Numbered from the stretch's first letter, positions 18,998-29,946 are shown. The stretch: DNA of 64,000 nucleotides from Sedimentisphaeraceae bacterium JB056 (GCA_044440125.1 JBITAJ010000028.1:64001-128000); one strand, 5' to 3'. Translations and numbers: made by a program. The notes: generated from the sequence alone by a model not told the origin.

Positions 18998-19025
18998 ATT
19001 ATATTCAAATAAAGCAATATGTCAA
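18998..19025 (-). promoter_or_regulatory. Consensus sigma70 promoter for gyrA
   Basis: Minus strand TTGACA-16 nt-TATAAT. Confidence 0.75.
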
Positions 19026-19231
19026 AAGGAATACGCCTTCTAAATGCCTAAATAACCACAAAATAGAAAGTCTGAATCTCTGAGATGCCGAAGCAGTCTG
19101 AGTCGCCAGATATATCACTGATTTAAACAGTAAATCCACCCCAAAACCTACGACTTTTTTGTGATTTTAGAAATCCGCCCTCTTTTTCTCCTGAAAAAAA
19201 GAAAAGAACTGCTATCAGGACGCGAAACAAG

Positions 19232-19259
19232 TTGCTTTTTGCGGTTTTAGCCTTATAAT
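19232..19259 (+). promoter_or_regulatory. Sigma70 promoter for lon-obg
   Basis: TTGCTT-16 nt-TATAAT. Confidence 0.6.
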
Positions 19260-19324
19260 TGAGCAGTTTACGTACAGAAATTACAAATATGAAATTAGAT
19301 AAAGATATACGGAATTTTTCTTAA

Positions 19325-21724
19325 GTGATGAGATTATTAGACATAGACGATTTTGATACTATCATTGGCGATGACGGCCAGCCGAGTCCTGAACAGGTGG
19401 AAAACATGGAACTTCCAGAAACAATGTGTATCCTGCCGGTCAGAAACGCTGTAGCCTTTCCCGGCACAGTGATTCCACTTGCCCTTAGCCGTGATAAAAG
19501 CCAAAAACTCCTTGATGAGTGCAACACTGAAGAGGATACTATTGGCCTTGTGACCCAGAAAAAGGCCGACATAGAGAACCCTGGTGCAAAGGATATATAT
19601 AATATCGGAACAGCGGCATCAATTCTCAAGGTGATTAAGTCGCCTCAGGGGCCTACTACGATAATCGTTCACGGCATAATGCGATTTCGTATCGATGAGG
19701 TACTTCAAACAGAACCCTTCATAAAGGCCAAGGTTTCACCTATCAGAGTCAAGGTCAGGGAAACGAAAAAGCTTCGTGCCGTGATGGTAAATGTAAAGCG
19801 TATGGCCAACAAAGTTATTTCGCTTAGCCCCAATGCTCCTGAAGAAGCAATGTACATCATTGAGAATATCAATGATGCCAGTGCCCTCGCAGACTTTGTA
19901 GCCGCAACATTGAATGTGCCGGTAAAAGAGAAACAGGCCATACTCAACGAGCTTGATCCAGTCAAAAGGCTTGATATGGTATCGCTTTCTCTGGCCAATC
20001 AAACAGAACTGCTGGAATTGAGCAATAAAATACACGGTCAGGTTCGAAGCGCGATAGACAAAACCCAGCGTGAATACTTCCTTCAGGAACAGCTTAAAGC
20101 AATCCAGAATGAGCTTGGACAAAATGACAGAAAAACAGAAGAGCTCAACACTTTAGCCGAGAAGGTTAAAAAGGCTAAAATGCCTAAAGAGGCAGAGAAA
20201 GAAGTAATGCGTGAGCTTGAACGCCTTGGCAAAATACACCAGGCCTCACCTGAATACAGTGTAATAAGAACTTATATTGACTGGGCTTGTGAATTGCCTT
20301 GGTCAAAGAAAACAGAGGATTCTCTGGATATTGACAAGTCGGAAAAGACTCTCAACGCAGACCATTACGGCCTTGAGAAGGTCAAAAAAAGGATACTTGA
20401 GTTCCTTGCGGTTCGAAAACTGAACCCAACAGGCAAAAGTCCGATTCTTTGCTTTGCAGGCCCTCCGGGAGTTGGTAAAACAAGTCTTGGAAAGTCGATA
20501 GCAAGAGCAATGAACAGAGAATTTGTACGCATTTCTCTTGGCGGCATAAAGGATGAAGCCGACATCCGCGGCCACAGACGAACATATATTGGCGCCCTTC
20601 CGGGCAGAATTCTGCAAGAGCTGAGAAAGTGCGGCAGCAAAAACCCTGTATTCATGCTTGACGAACTCGATAAGATAGGTCAGGATTTCAGGGGCGACCC
20701 GGCTTCTGCACTGCTTGAGGTTCTTGATCCCGAACAAAACGACAGCTTTACAGATCACTACCTTGATCTTGCATTTGATCTGTCAAATATAATGTTTATT
20801 GGAACAGCAAACTACCTCGATCCAATACCGCCCGCTCTCTACGACAGGATGGAAATCATTGATCTGCCGGGTTATACAAGAATCGAAAAGCTCAAGATAG
20901 CTAAAAAATATCTCTTGCCGAGACAGATAAAAGAAAATGGTCTAAAGGTTAACCAGATAACATTTAAAGATGATGCCTTGCTGCTGCTGATAGACAGTTA
21001 CACAGCGGAGTCGGGAGTGCGTTCTCTTGAAAGGGAGATAGGTTCGCTCTGCAGGAACGTTGCCACACAGATAGCGAAAAAAGAGCGACGTAAGGTAACC
21101 ATCACGAAAAATAAAGTACAGGATGTACTTGGACCGATAAAATACGAATCAGAAGTCGCAATGAGAAGCGGCAAACCGGGAATCGTAACAGGTCTGGCAT
21201 GGACACCTGTAGGCGGCGAGATCCTGTTCATCGAGTCTCTTGCAGTAGCAGGCAAGGGCGAACTAAGCATTACAGGCCAGATTGGTGAAGTAATGGAAGA
21301 AAGTGTACGCGCTGCCTATACGCTAATCAAATCAATGGCAGGGAAATATGATATCCCCGAAGAGGCGTTTAAGGATTATGACTACCATATTCACGTGCCG
21401 GCTGGAGCAGTGCCTAAAGACGGGCCGAGTGCCGGTGTCGGAATGTTCACGTCACTTCTCTCACTAATTATGGATTGCAAAGTAGACCACAACATTGCGA
21501 TGACAGGAGAGATTACGCTTCAAGGTTTAGTGCTGCCTATAGGCGGACTGAAAGAAAAAATCCTTGCCGCAAAACAAGCTGGCATAACTAAAGTAATACT
21601 TCCGGCAAGAAACAAGAAAGATATGCCTGATGTACCTAAAGAGGCTCAGAAGGATATGGAATTTGTATTCGTAAAGAATGTTCAGGAAGTAGCTAAAGAA
21701 GCTATATTGATGAGCCAAAATTAA
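19325..21724 (+). CDS. lon: ATP-dependent protease La
   Basis: GPPGVGKTS, RGHRRTYIGALPG, PKDGPSAG catalytic Ser, IGGLKEK. Confidence 0.98.
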   Translation: MMRLLDIDDFDTIIGDDGQPSPEQVENMELPETMCILPVRNAVAFPGTVIPLALSRDKSQKLLDECNTEEDTIGLVTQKKADIENPGAKDIYNIGTAASILKVIKSPQGPTTIIVHGIMRFRIDEVLQTEPFIKAKVSPIRVKVRETKKLRAVMVNVKRMANKVISLSPNAPEEAMYIIENINDASALADFVAATLNVPVKEKQAILNELDPVKRLDMVSLSLANQTELLELSNKIHGQVRSAIDKTQREYFLQEQLKAIQNELGQNDRKTEELNTLAEKVKKAKMPKEAEKEVMRELERLGKIHQASPEYSVIRTYIDWACELPWSKKTEDSLDIDKSEKTLNADHYGLEKVKKRILEFLAVRKLNPTGKSPILCFAGPPGVGKTSLGKSIARAMNREFVRISLGGIKDEADIRGHRRTYIGALPGRILQELRKCGSKNPVFMLDELDKIGQDFRGDPASALLEVLDPEQNDSFTDHYLDLAFDLSNIMFIGTANYLDPIPPALYDRMEIIDLPGYTRIEKLKIAKKYLLPRQIKENGLKVNQITFKDDALLLLIDSYTAESGVRSLEREIGSLCRNVATQIAKKERRKVTITKNKVQDVLGPIKYESEVAMRSGKPGIVTGLAWTPVGGEILFIESLAVAGKGELSITGQIGEVMEESVRAAYTLIKSMAGKYDIPEEAFKDYDYHIHVPAGAVPKDGPSAGVGMFTSLLSLIMDCKVDHNIAMTGEITLQGLVLPIGGLKEKILAAKQAGITKVILPARNKKDMPDVPKEAQKDMEFVFVKNVQEVAKEAILMSQN

Positions 21725-21744
21725 TTTTAGTAGAATAAAACTAT

Positions 21745-22770
21745 ATGTTTATAGATGAAGCACAGATATATGTTAAAGCCGGTGACGGCGGCGCGGGCTG
21801 CGTAAGTTTCAGGCGTGAAAAATTCATGCCCAAAGGTGGTCCCGATGGTGGAAACGGCGGCGATGGCGGAAATATCATTTTTGAAGCCGCGGCGGACGTT
21901 GACACTCTGCTCGATTTCTCAGGAAAACATCACTGGAAAGCCCCTAACGGAATGCCGGGCGAGGGAAGCAACAAAACAGGCGAAGACGGTGAGGATCTGA
22001 TCATAAAAGTTCCGGTTGGTACGCTTATATACGATACCGACATAGACCTCATGATAAAAGATATGAATGAAGCCGGCATGCGTGTTTGCGTGTGTAAAGC
22101 CGGCCTCGGCGGTAAAGGAAACAAGGAATTCGCCACATCAACAAGGCAAACACCTCGTTTTGCACAACCCGGCACTCTTGGCGATGAACGTAACCTGAAG
22201 CTCGAACTGAAGCTTATAGCTGATGTCGGCATGGTTGGTTTGCCCAATGCCGGTAAAAGTACTTTTGTTTCTGTATGCAGCAAGGCAAGGCCTAAGATAG
22301 CAAACTACCCGTTCACAACGCTCTCACCAGTGCTTGGAATAGCAGAGCTTAGCGGATTCAGGCGATTTGTAGTTGCCGATATCCCCGGTCTTATTGAAGG
22401 AGCTCATGAAGGAGCCGGCCTTGGACATGATTTTCTCAAGCACATTGAGCGTACGAGGACAATCGTCCATATACTTGATATAGACCCGCCTGACCTGTCT
22501 GACCCGGCGGAAAATTATCGCAAGATACGCAATGAGCTTGAACGCTACAGCGATATACTGACGCATAAGAGAGAAGTCATCGTAGCAAACAAAATGGATC
22601 TGTGTCCTGACGATGAAATACTCGATCAGCTCAAAAAAGACTTGGGCAGAGATGACATCATACCGATTTCTGCTGCAACAGGCCAGGGAATAGAGGAACT
22701 CAAGGAAGTTCTCTGGAAAATGGTAAAGGAAGTGCAGCAACAGGAAGAAGAAGAGCAAAACGAAGAGTAA
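21745..22770 (+). CDS. obgE: GTPase ObgE/CgtA
   Basis: MFIDEA...GDGG..SFRREK.MPKGGPDGG, GLPNAGKS, YPFTT, DIPG, NKMD. Confidence 0.97.
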   Translation: MFIDEAQIYVKAGDGGAGCVSFRREKFMPKGGPDGGNGGDGGNIIFEAAADVDTLLDFSGKHHWKAPNGMPGEGSNKTGEDGEDLIIKVPVGTLIYDTDIDLMIKDMNEAGMRVCVCKAGLGGKGNKEFATSTRQTPRFAQPGTLGDERNLKLELKLIADVGMVGLPNAGKSTFVSVCSKARPKIANYPFTTLSPVLGIAELSGFRRFVVADIPGLIEGAHEGAGLGHDFLKHIERTRTIVHILDIDPPDLSDPAENYRKIRNELERYSDILTHKREVIVANKMDLCPDDEILDQLKKDLGRDDIIPISAATGQGIEELKEVLWKMVKEVQQQEEEEQNEE

Positions 22771-22807
22771 GAACTCTTTCTCAAGCAGCTCAACATGTTA
22801 GAATATT

Positions 22808-22842
22808 AAAAGAGACGCGGCAAAACACGCGTCTCTTTTTTT
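22808..22842. terminator. Bidirectional terminator
   Basis: AAAAGAGACGCG-loop-CGCGTCTCTTTTTTT. Confidence 0.85.
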
Positions 22843-22850
22843 GTTCAAAA

Positions 22851-24974
22851 TTAATTTTCGCTGAATTCACCGGCAACAATATAGTCTATTATACCGTCAT
22901 CATTTTTTCTCTTATCGATACGTTCAAAAACTTCAGTATTCGTAAGTCCCTGATTCTCCTCAGCAGCTTTGCAATCCTCCTCGATAGCATAATATGAATT
23001 GGTGAAGCTGTCTTTGAAGCTTGATATATATCTGGTAACATACTTGAATCCTTCACTCACATTTCTATTGCCCCAATAAGTATTTATTCCAAGCTCATTA
23101 CCATTGGAATTTGACATATTCAGAAAAAGCAATCCTATTTCATTTTTGAAGAGAATATTATTATTGACCTCAAGCCTACAGAATGATGTAAAAAATATAC
23201 CGGTAGAAGATTCACCTATAACATTATTAGCAATTAGTACACTTTTGGAAGCAAAAGCATACACCCCCATATCATTGCCGACAATTATATTATTCTTCAC
23301 TTCACCACGACTATCTCCTCCTAAAACAATCCCCTCTTCATCGTTATTTTTTATGATATTATCGCATGCAATTATTTCATTGCCTCGAGACGACAACCCG
23401 ACACCTTTATTACCGGAAATTATATTTCTTTGCACTTCTGCATTACCATTCATACGGACATTTATACCGGCACCGACAGTATCTGTCACAAAACAGTCAT
23501 GAACTATTCCCTTAGAAACATCATCAATACAAATACCAACAGCAAAAGCCCCATTCACTTGTGAATTGCTAAGCGTCATACTGCATGAAGATCTGCTATA
23601 AACACCTAAAGGCGAGAGATCAACACCAGCCGTATTTTCAATCAAACAGCAATTTATAACAACATCTCCTTTACCACTTGCCTCTATTGCTGCATATTCT
23701 TTGCGACTATCATCATATTCCTTGTCATATCGCCAGTTGACAGTAAGATTCTCAATGACAACTTTCTCGTCTTCTTTAAGGTCTCTTACCCAGATAGCAG
23801 ACTTAGGCGAAACAACTTCAAATCGACAGCCTTTCAATGATTCGCCACGAATCGTCATCGGTTTGGATATAACAAGAGGCTCGGTATAAACACCATCTTT
23901 CAGTATGTAAGTTCCGCCTTTAGGATGCTTATTTATAAGTGACTGCAAACCCGGTTTGCCAAGCTTCACTATAAGCTGGCCTGATTCTGGCTTAATCTCA
24001 CTTCCTGTCCATTCGTACACGTTCAGATTATCAAGCTTCTGGTGGTTTGTAACAGGAATATTCGGATCGATCACTCCTATATCAGCAGGAGTAACAAGGA
24101 AGACGGATTCAACCCAACCGGGTTTAGCATCACACTCCATAACCGCATCATACAAATCATAATCACTTTCAAGCTCCACAACCCGAGGCGGCTGCCACCC
24201 AAAACAAACAGTCTCACCTGAGCTGATCTGCACATCCGTCTCAACACATATTTCACAGGAAGTGTCATTTGCCGATGTAAATTCAGACTCAAGTTTTTGA
24301 CCTTGTGAAGATACAATTATAGTATCCCTATCAGAAAATTCACCTAACGGTATCTTATCCCCGGGATTCTTGGTAGAAGGTCCATTTTTGTAAACAACCA
24401 TACCGCCACAGCAAAACTCCTCATCTTCATTAAAACCGTATACTTTGACATCATATTTCTTCCTGTCATCACAAGCCTGCCCGTAATTTTCTTTTACACG
24501 CCCGCTTATATAATTCCAGGCATCTTTATTGATCAGCTTATCGAAATTCTGTTTCTTTGATTTCAGGGCTTTATTTTCCTTCGACTTTTTTTCGTCTTTT
24601 TCAGCTTTGATCTCTGCTAATGAAGGCTCAAGCTTTTTCAATTTTGCCTGAGCAGAACTGACAAGTGACCGTTGCGACTGGCAGGTTTGAATTATACTAT
24701 TATAACAGTCTGCCGCATCCTTAAACTGCTCTTTTGTTTCATAACATCCGCCCAACTGCATCAATGCCCTTGCCTTGACCTTTTCAAATCTCCCTGAAGC
24801 ATCTATTACCTCCTGATACAATGAGATGGCTTTATCAATATCTTTATCAATCCTCTCCGTGCGTACAGCCTGCCGAAACATAGAAGAAAGGTCCGCAGGT
24901 TTCTCCGCAGCATGAATATTAAAAACAGAAAGAAAAACAAGCGACATCACAAATTGCAAGACATACTTCTTCAT
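22851..24974 (-). CDS. Secreted TPR + right-handed parallel beta-helix protein
   Basis: Signal peptide; TPR-like KAISLYQEVI/ARALMQLGGCYE; GVYTEPLVISKPMTIRGE and NII..N..GI repeats. Confidence 0.75.
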   Translation of the reverse strand: MKKYVLQFVMSLVFLSVFNIHAAEKPADLSSMFRQAVRTERIDKDIDKAISLYQEVIDASGRFEKVKARALMQLGGCYETKEQFKDAADCYNSIIQTCQSQRSLVSSAQAKLKKLEPSLAEIKAEKDEKKSKENKALKSKKQNFDKLINKDAWNYISGRVKENYGQACDDRKKYDVKVYGFNEDEEFCCGGMVVYKNGPSTKNPGDKIPLGEFSDRDTIIVSSQGQKLESEFTSANDTSCEICVETDVQISSGETVCFGWQPPRVVELESDYDLYDAVMECDAKPGWVESVFLVTPADIGVIDPNIPVTNHQKLDNLNVYEWTGSEIKPESGQLIVKLGKPGLQSLINKHPKGGTYILKDGVYTEPLVISKPMTIRGESLKGCRFEVVSPKSAIWVRDLKEDEKVVIENLTVNWRYDKEYDDSRKEYAAIEASGKGDVVINCCLIENTAGVDLSPLGVYSRSSCSMTLSNSQVNGAFAVGICIDDVSKGIVHDCFVTDTVGAGINVRMNGNAEVQRNIISGNKGVGLSSRGNEIIACDNIIKNNDEEGIVLGGDSRGEVKNNIIVGNDMGVYAFASKSVLIANNVIGESSTGIFFTSFCRLEVNNNILFKNEIGLLFLNMSNSNGNELGINTYWGNRNVSEGFKYVTRYISSFKDSFTNSYYAIEEDCKAAEENQGLTNTEVFERIDKRKNDDGIIDYIVAGEFSEN

Positions 24975-25094
24975 TACTATCCCTAAAACAAAAACACTAA
25001 CATCAAAATTAAAACACCTGCAATTTGATTATACTAAAAAATATATACTTATCAAATAAATCTAAAAAAATACAAATCCCAACACCAAGCAAAT

Positions 25095-25134
25095 AAAAAA
25101 GCCGCCGGAAATCAAAATGACTTCCGGCGGCTTT
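25095..25134 (-). terminator. Intrinsic terminator
   Basis: AAAAAAGCCGCCGGAA-loop-TTCCGGCGGCTTT. Confidence 0.8.
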
Positions 25135-25158
25135 GGATCTATCTATTAGACTATTTTA

Positions 25159-26178
25159 TCAGTTCCACTTGCCCTGCTCTACATCAACAACCTTACCGCT
25201 GTCAATAGCACTTTCACAGCTCAGGCATACGTGCGTAAGCTCAAAAGATAATTCCTGAGCGAATTCGTATTCACACTCGCCAAGAATTGAAAGCATAAAC
25301 TGCTGGAACATTTTGCTCTTTTCAGGAAGTTCAACCTCTACCGGCTTCTCGCCTGTGTGCAAAGTACATGTTACATTTGAACCTCTTGATTCAATCACGC
25401 CCTTTGTACCTACTACGCGCACCCAGTCATCGCCATGAGTTACTGATTCCATTGGACGCAGGTAGTCAACACTTACCGTAGCATGGCCGCCATTGCTCAT
25501 TGTAGAACAAATCGCCACATTATCATGGCACTCAGGACGCTCAGGATGTGCGAAGTTGCCTCCCATCGCAGCTACATTGGTGAATTTCAAGCCTGTAACA
25601 TAGTTAATGAAATCAAAAGCATGGATTCCAACCCAAGCAACAGTACCACCATAAAGCTTCCTGTTACCAAACCACTCAGGACGCGTGCCGTATTTGTAAG
25701 ACTTACGACCATTGCAAAGCACCGCTTCGCCTATCACACCACTATCATAAGCCTGCTTAGCCGCACGGAAAATATTTTCAGAACGCATTGTAAGCATAGC
25801 TGTAAGCTTTACGTTATTCTTCTTTACCGCATCATAAACTTTCTCAAGTGTAGCAACATCAAGAGCCAGCGGTTTTTCACAAATAAGATGACAACCGGCA
25901 TTTGCCGCATCAATCGTAACCTGAGGCATCTCATTTAGCTGACTGCTTATAATAGCAACATCAGGCTTAACTTCCTCAAGCATAGTCTTGTAATCATCAT
26001 ACACCTTGATATCATCAGTAACAAGATCATGATTGAGAGTGAAAGAAATATCTTCACCCTCAAACGCAGGAGCAAGTCCCACCAACTGAGCCTTCTCAAA
26101 ACCTATCATCTCATCAAAAACACAAACAGTATGGCCAAAACCGCCGATACTGACTACTTTCAATACTTTATCTGACAT
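25159..26178 (-). CDS. Gfo/Idh/MocA family oxidoreductase
   Basis: Rossmann-like start, HLICEKP, YGG....GIHAFD. Confidence 0.9.
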   Translation of the reverse strand: MSDKVLKVVSIGGFGHTVCVFDEMIGFEKAQLVGLAPAFEGEDISFTLNHDLVTDDIKVYDDYKTMLEEVKPDVAIISSQLNEMPQVTIDAANAGCHLICEKPLALDVATLEKVYDAVKKNNVKLTAMLTMRSENIFRAAKQAYDSGVIGEAVLCNGRKSYKYGTRPEWFGNRKLYGGTVAWVGIHAFDFINYVTGLKFTNVAAMGGNFAHPERPECHDNVAICSTMSNGGHATVSVDYLRPMESVTHGDDWVRVVGTKGVIESRGSNVTCTLHTGEKPVEVELPEKSKMFQQFMLSILGECEYEFAQELSFELTHVCLSCESAIDSGKVVDVEQGKWN

Positions 26179-26320
26179 AAAATAACCCTTCGCAGTTAGT
26201 AATTATCATTACAAAAATCAAAACGGACGTTTAATTATAGCTTTATATCGCTTTTCTGCAACAGAAATAGAGAAAAAGGACATTTGCGTTTTCAGCAATA
26301 CCAACACAATAAATTCAATT

Positions 26321-27931
26321 TTAAACCAAACTGAATATGCCGTATGAGAAGGGCTGCATTTTAAGCCTCATCTTTTTGCCGGCAGCTTTGATTTCCACGC
26401 CTTCAACAAAAACCGGCTCAGTATCACCCTTACCGATAATATCAAAAGATGCTGAAGTCTCATTCTTAGTCGGGTTCAATGCCACTATAAATTTCTCTCT
26501 TCCTTTATTTCTCATATAAACCAACGGATATTTTTTCTTCTTGGCAAATAGAGGAGTGAAACCTCCATCGGCAGAAAGAGCTTCACTGCTGTTTCTTAGC
26601 TCAATCAACTGCTTTACAGTATGAAGGAGCGAATCTTTGTCTCTCATGCAGGAAGTTACAGTCGGAGCTGAACGATCTTTGTCTACAGGCAGATACAACT
26701 CTGATGCCGGAGCATTAGAGAAACCCTTGTTCTTCTTGCCTGACCATTGCATTGGAGTTCTTGAACCGGTCCTTCCGTATCCGCCCTCTTTTGAATCAAG
26801 ACCCGGTATATATCTCATACCGATTTCATCACCGTAATATATAAACGGCACTCCAGGCTGGGTAAGGATGAAAGTCATAGCGACCTTAAGTTCTTCCAAG
26901 CTTCTTTCTGTGTTAAGGCGGCTGATGTCATGATTGCCGGAAGGTATGGAGATATACCCCTTCTTACGAAGCGATTTGTAATGCGACATGAAAGAATCCA
27001 TAAACACAGAGACATTCCCCTTGCCTTCCGCATCAAATATACTGTTTCCCGGATCTGTGCCAACACCAAAACAATCCCTAACAGGCTCTTGACGCAACAA
27101 TGCCGTATAGGCAGGATCATGAAAATGCAGCATAAAGTCAATATGGAAACCAGCTTTTACGGCTGCCGCAGGACTGCCCCATTCAGAGATAAGCACTGCC
27201 TCGGGATATTTCTCGCTAAGACTCTGGCGAATATTTTGCCACAGTTTACTCGTCTCTTTCCAGCCGGGATCATTCTTAACAAGAGAAGAAGCCATATCTA
27301 CGCGGAAACCGTCAGCTCCCATATCAAGCCAGAAACTCATTATATTTTTGAGTTCTTCTCTTGTCGCAATAGAATCCGGATGATCAACGGGCAACTGCCA
27401 AGGCTTATTTTTTTCTGGTTTTGCAAATCCATAGTTCAAAGCCGGCTGAGTATAAAAGAAATTAGTTATATAACGGCCATTTCGGTTACCAAAACCATTT
27501 ATACCTGTCATACCACCGGTATCCTGATCCCAGACATTATCCGTCCATACATACCTATTGGTATATTCATTCTTCTGAGCTTTAGCCGACTCTTTAAACC
27601 ATGCATGTTCCATTGAAGTATGCCCGGGAACAAGATCAAGACAAACTTTAATATCAAGTTTGTGCGCTTCCTTGAACAATTTCTTCAGATCAGCATTGGT
27701 TCCATAACGATCAGCGACTTTATAATAATCGCTGACATCATAACCGGCATCATCAAATGGGGATTCAAAACAAGGATTTATCCATATAGCATTAAAACCG
27801 AGAGATTTTATATAATCAAGCTTTTCGATAATACCCGGTATATCACCTATTCCATCATCATTGCTATCATAAAAACTTTGCGGATATATCTCATAAAAAA
27901 CGGCTTTGGAAAGCCATGACGGCATATTCAT
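26321..27931 (-). CDS. GH13 alpha-amylase family glycoside hydrolase (alpha-glucosidase-like)
   Basis: FYEIYPQSFYDSN.DGIGD, DLVPGH, DGFRVD, ISEW, NHD, YYGDEIGM, RTPMQW. Confidence 0.93.
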   Translation of the reverse strand: MNMPSWLSKAVFYEIYPQSFYDSNDDGIGDIPGIIEKLDYIKSLGFNAIWINPCFESPFDDAGYDVSDYYKVADRYGTNADLKKLFKEAHKLDIKVCLDLVPGHTSMEHAWFKESAKAQKNEYTNRYVWTDNVWDQDTGGMTGINGFGNRNGRYITNFFYTQPALNYGFAKPEKNKPWQLPVDHPDSIATREELKNIMSFWLDMGADGFRVDMASSLVKNDPGWKETSKLWQNIRQSLSEKYPEAVLISEWGSPAAAVKAGFHIDFMLHFHDPAYTALLRQEPVRDCFGVGTDPGNSIFDAEGKGNVSVFMDSFMSHYKSLRKKGYISIPSGNHDISRLNTERSLEELKVAMTFILTQPGVPFIYYGDEIGMRYIPGLDSKEGGYGRTGSRTPMQWSGKKNKGFSNAPASELYLPVDKDRSAPTVTSCMRDKDSLLHTVKQLIELRNSSEALSADGGFTPLFAKKKKYPLVYMRNKGREKFIVALNPTKNETSASFDIIGKGDTEPVFVEGVEIKAAGKKMRLKMQPFSYGIFSLV

Positions 27932-27975
27932 AATTCTATCTAACTTTCTTACAATCTAACTTTAACTTCAACAAT

Positions 27976-28494
27976 TTAACTGCTCTTCTCAAGTTCGAGC
28001 ATTCTACGTTTTATATCTACTGCACCTTCAATATTTTTCATAAAACCACCAAGCTTACCGTCTGCCCTGATAACCCTGTGACAGGGTATAAACAACGGCA
28101 AGGGATTTCTCGACAATATATTGCCTACGGCACGAACTGATTTCGGAAAACCAGAATCAGTAGCAAGCTGAGTATAACTTTTAACCTCACCATAAGGTAT
28201 TTTACGACAGTTATCAAGTATACTTCGTGAAAAATCACTGCCAAAAGGCATACTCAACGGTATATCATCAAATATCACTTTTTCACCTTCATAATAATCA
28301 CAAACGCGTTTTATGACATCTTTCGAAAAGCTGTCAAGTTCATTTGAAGGATTATTAGCATTTCTAAGCTCGGAAACCCTGTTAACTCCAGGAAGTACAA
28401 AACTGACCACTTCCTCATGACCTATAGTAATTGAGGCCAATCCGAAAGCTGTCTTAAATACATAATTCGAAACCGGTAATTCTATATTCTGCAT
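27976..28494 (-). CDS. ogt: Methylated-DNA--protein-cysteine methyltransferase
   Basis: IPYGEVKSY, RAVG, IPCHRV active site. Confidence 0.92.
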   Translation of the reverse strand: MQNIELPVSNYVFKTAFGLASITIGHEEVVSFVLPGVNRVSELRNANNPSNELDSFSKDVIKRVCDYYEGEKVIFDDIPLSMPFGSDFSRSILDNCRKIPYGEVKSYTQLATDSGFPKSVRAVGNILSRNPLPLFIPCHRVIRADGKLGGFMKNIEGAVDIKRRMLELEKSS

Positions 28495-28731
28495 AACAAA
28501 ACCCCAACAATCAAACAATACCAAGATGCCCAATCTGCATTTTTATTTCATTATAACGGTCGTATATATAAATGCTAACAAAAAATTGCTAATACCGACT
28601 TGAAAAATTAAGTTATTTTAAGCTTCTAAAATAGCTATTTTCAATTATAATAGGTATTAAGATCCAGATGCTTAGCCTTCTGCAAAGTTTCCGGATAGTT
28701 ATGCTTTTGACTTAAAGGAAACAGATAAAAT

Positions 28732-29850
28732 ATGAGAATCAGAAAGCTGCCATCGTTAAGGATCGGCAACTGGGAATCACGTCTCCCCATAATACAGGGA
28801 GGCATGGGCGTTGGAATATCACTTTCAGGCTTAGCTTCTGCCGTGGCCAATGCCGGCGGCATAGGCGTGATTGCCACTGCCGGTATAGGAATGTTCGAAC
28901 CAGACCACCTTACAAATTTTAAAGAGGCAAATAGAAGAGCCTTAGGAAAAGAGATCCGTAAAGCCAAATCCCTGACAAACGGTATTATAGGCGTTAATAT
29001 AATGGTTGCCCTCTCTGACTTTGATGACTTGATTCAATGTGCAGTGGATGAGCATGCAAACATACTTTTCCTCGGGGCAGGTTTACCTATAAGACTCCCT
29101 AAAACACTGCCTCTGGACAAATTAGGACAATTAGACACGAAATTGGTACCTATAGTTTCCTCTGCAAAGGCAGCAAACGTTATATTCAAATCATGGGCCA
29201 AACAATTCAACCATGTACCTGACGCGGTAGTCGTAGAAGGACCGTTGGCAGGAGGACATCTGGGCTTCAAACCCGAGCAGATCAATAATCCTGATTACTC
29301 GCTTAAGAACATAGTTCCGAAAGTCATATCCGCAATTGAACCTTTTGAAAAACAATTCAGTAAAGAGATACCTGTAATTGCCGCCGGTGGTATATATGAT
29401 GGAGAAGACATATACGAAATCATCAAACTCGGGGCAAAAGGTGTCCAGATGGGAACAAGGTTTGTAGCCACAAAAGAAAGTGATACCTCACCACAATTCA
29501 AGGATTCCTACCTCAATTGCAAAAAAGAAGACATTGTAATAATAAAAAGTCCGGTCGGATTACCTGGTCGAGCAATAAAAAACGAGTTTCTTACAAGAGT
29601 ATCTGAAGGCAAAACTGAGACATTCAAATGTCCATGGAAATGCCTGAGAAGCTGCGACTTCAAGAATGTTCCTTACTGTATCGCTTTGGCGTTGAGTAAT
29701 GCTAAATTGGGAAAAGTAGAAGATGGTTTCGCGTTCGCAGGTGCAAACGCCTACCGCGTCAATGAAATATTGTCAGTAAGAGAGCTGACTGAAGTTCTTG
29801 AAAAAGAATACTCTGCATGTATTGAAAAAGACGGTCCAAAACCGTTATAA
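28732..29850 (+). CDS. Nitronate monooxygenase/FabK-like flavoprotein with C-terminal Cys cluster
   Basis: PIIQGGMGVG, EGPLAGGH, IAAGGI, GVQMGTRF, CPWKCLRSC...YCI. Confidence 0.88.
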   Translation: MRIRKLPSLRIGNWESRLPIIQGGMGVGISLSGLASAVANAGGIGVIATAGIGMFEPDHLTNFKEANRRALGKEIRKAKSLTNGIIGVNIMVALSDFDDLIQCAVDEHANILFLGAGLPIRLPKTLPLDKLGQLDTKLVPIVSSAKAANVIFKSWAKQFNHVPDAVVVEGPLAGGHLGFKPEQINNPDYSLKNIVPKVISAIEPFEKQFSKEIPVIAAGGIYDGEDIYEIIKLGAKGVQMGTRFVATKESDTSPQFKDSYLNCKKEDIVIIKSPVGLPGRAIKNEFLTRVSEGKTETFKCPWKCLRSCDFKNVPYCIALALSNAKLGKVEDGFAFAGANAYRVNEILSVRELTEVLEKEYSACIEKDGPKPL

Positions 29851-29909
29851 GAAAATAAAGCTGATGCTGATGCGGGCAACGCTTTATTCATACACAAAAT
29901 TTAAAACAA

Positions 29910-29946
29910 GAAAAAACCCCATAGGCTGTTTGCCTGATGGGGTTTT
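29910..29946. terminator. Bidirectional terminator
   Basis: AAAAAACCCCATAGGC-loop-GCCTGATGGGGTTTT. Confidence 0.75.

Noticed and set aside
18865..19083. 72-aa ORF between gyrA and lon
   Set aside because: GTG start without SD; it runs across the gyrA promoter and leader; no motif.
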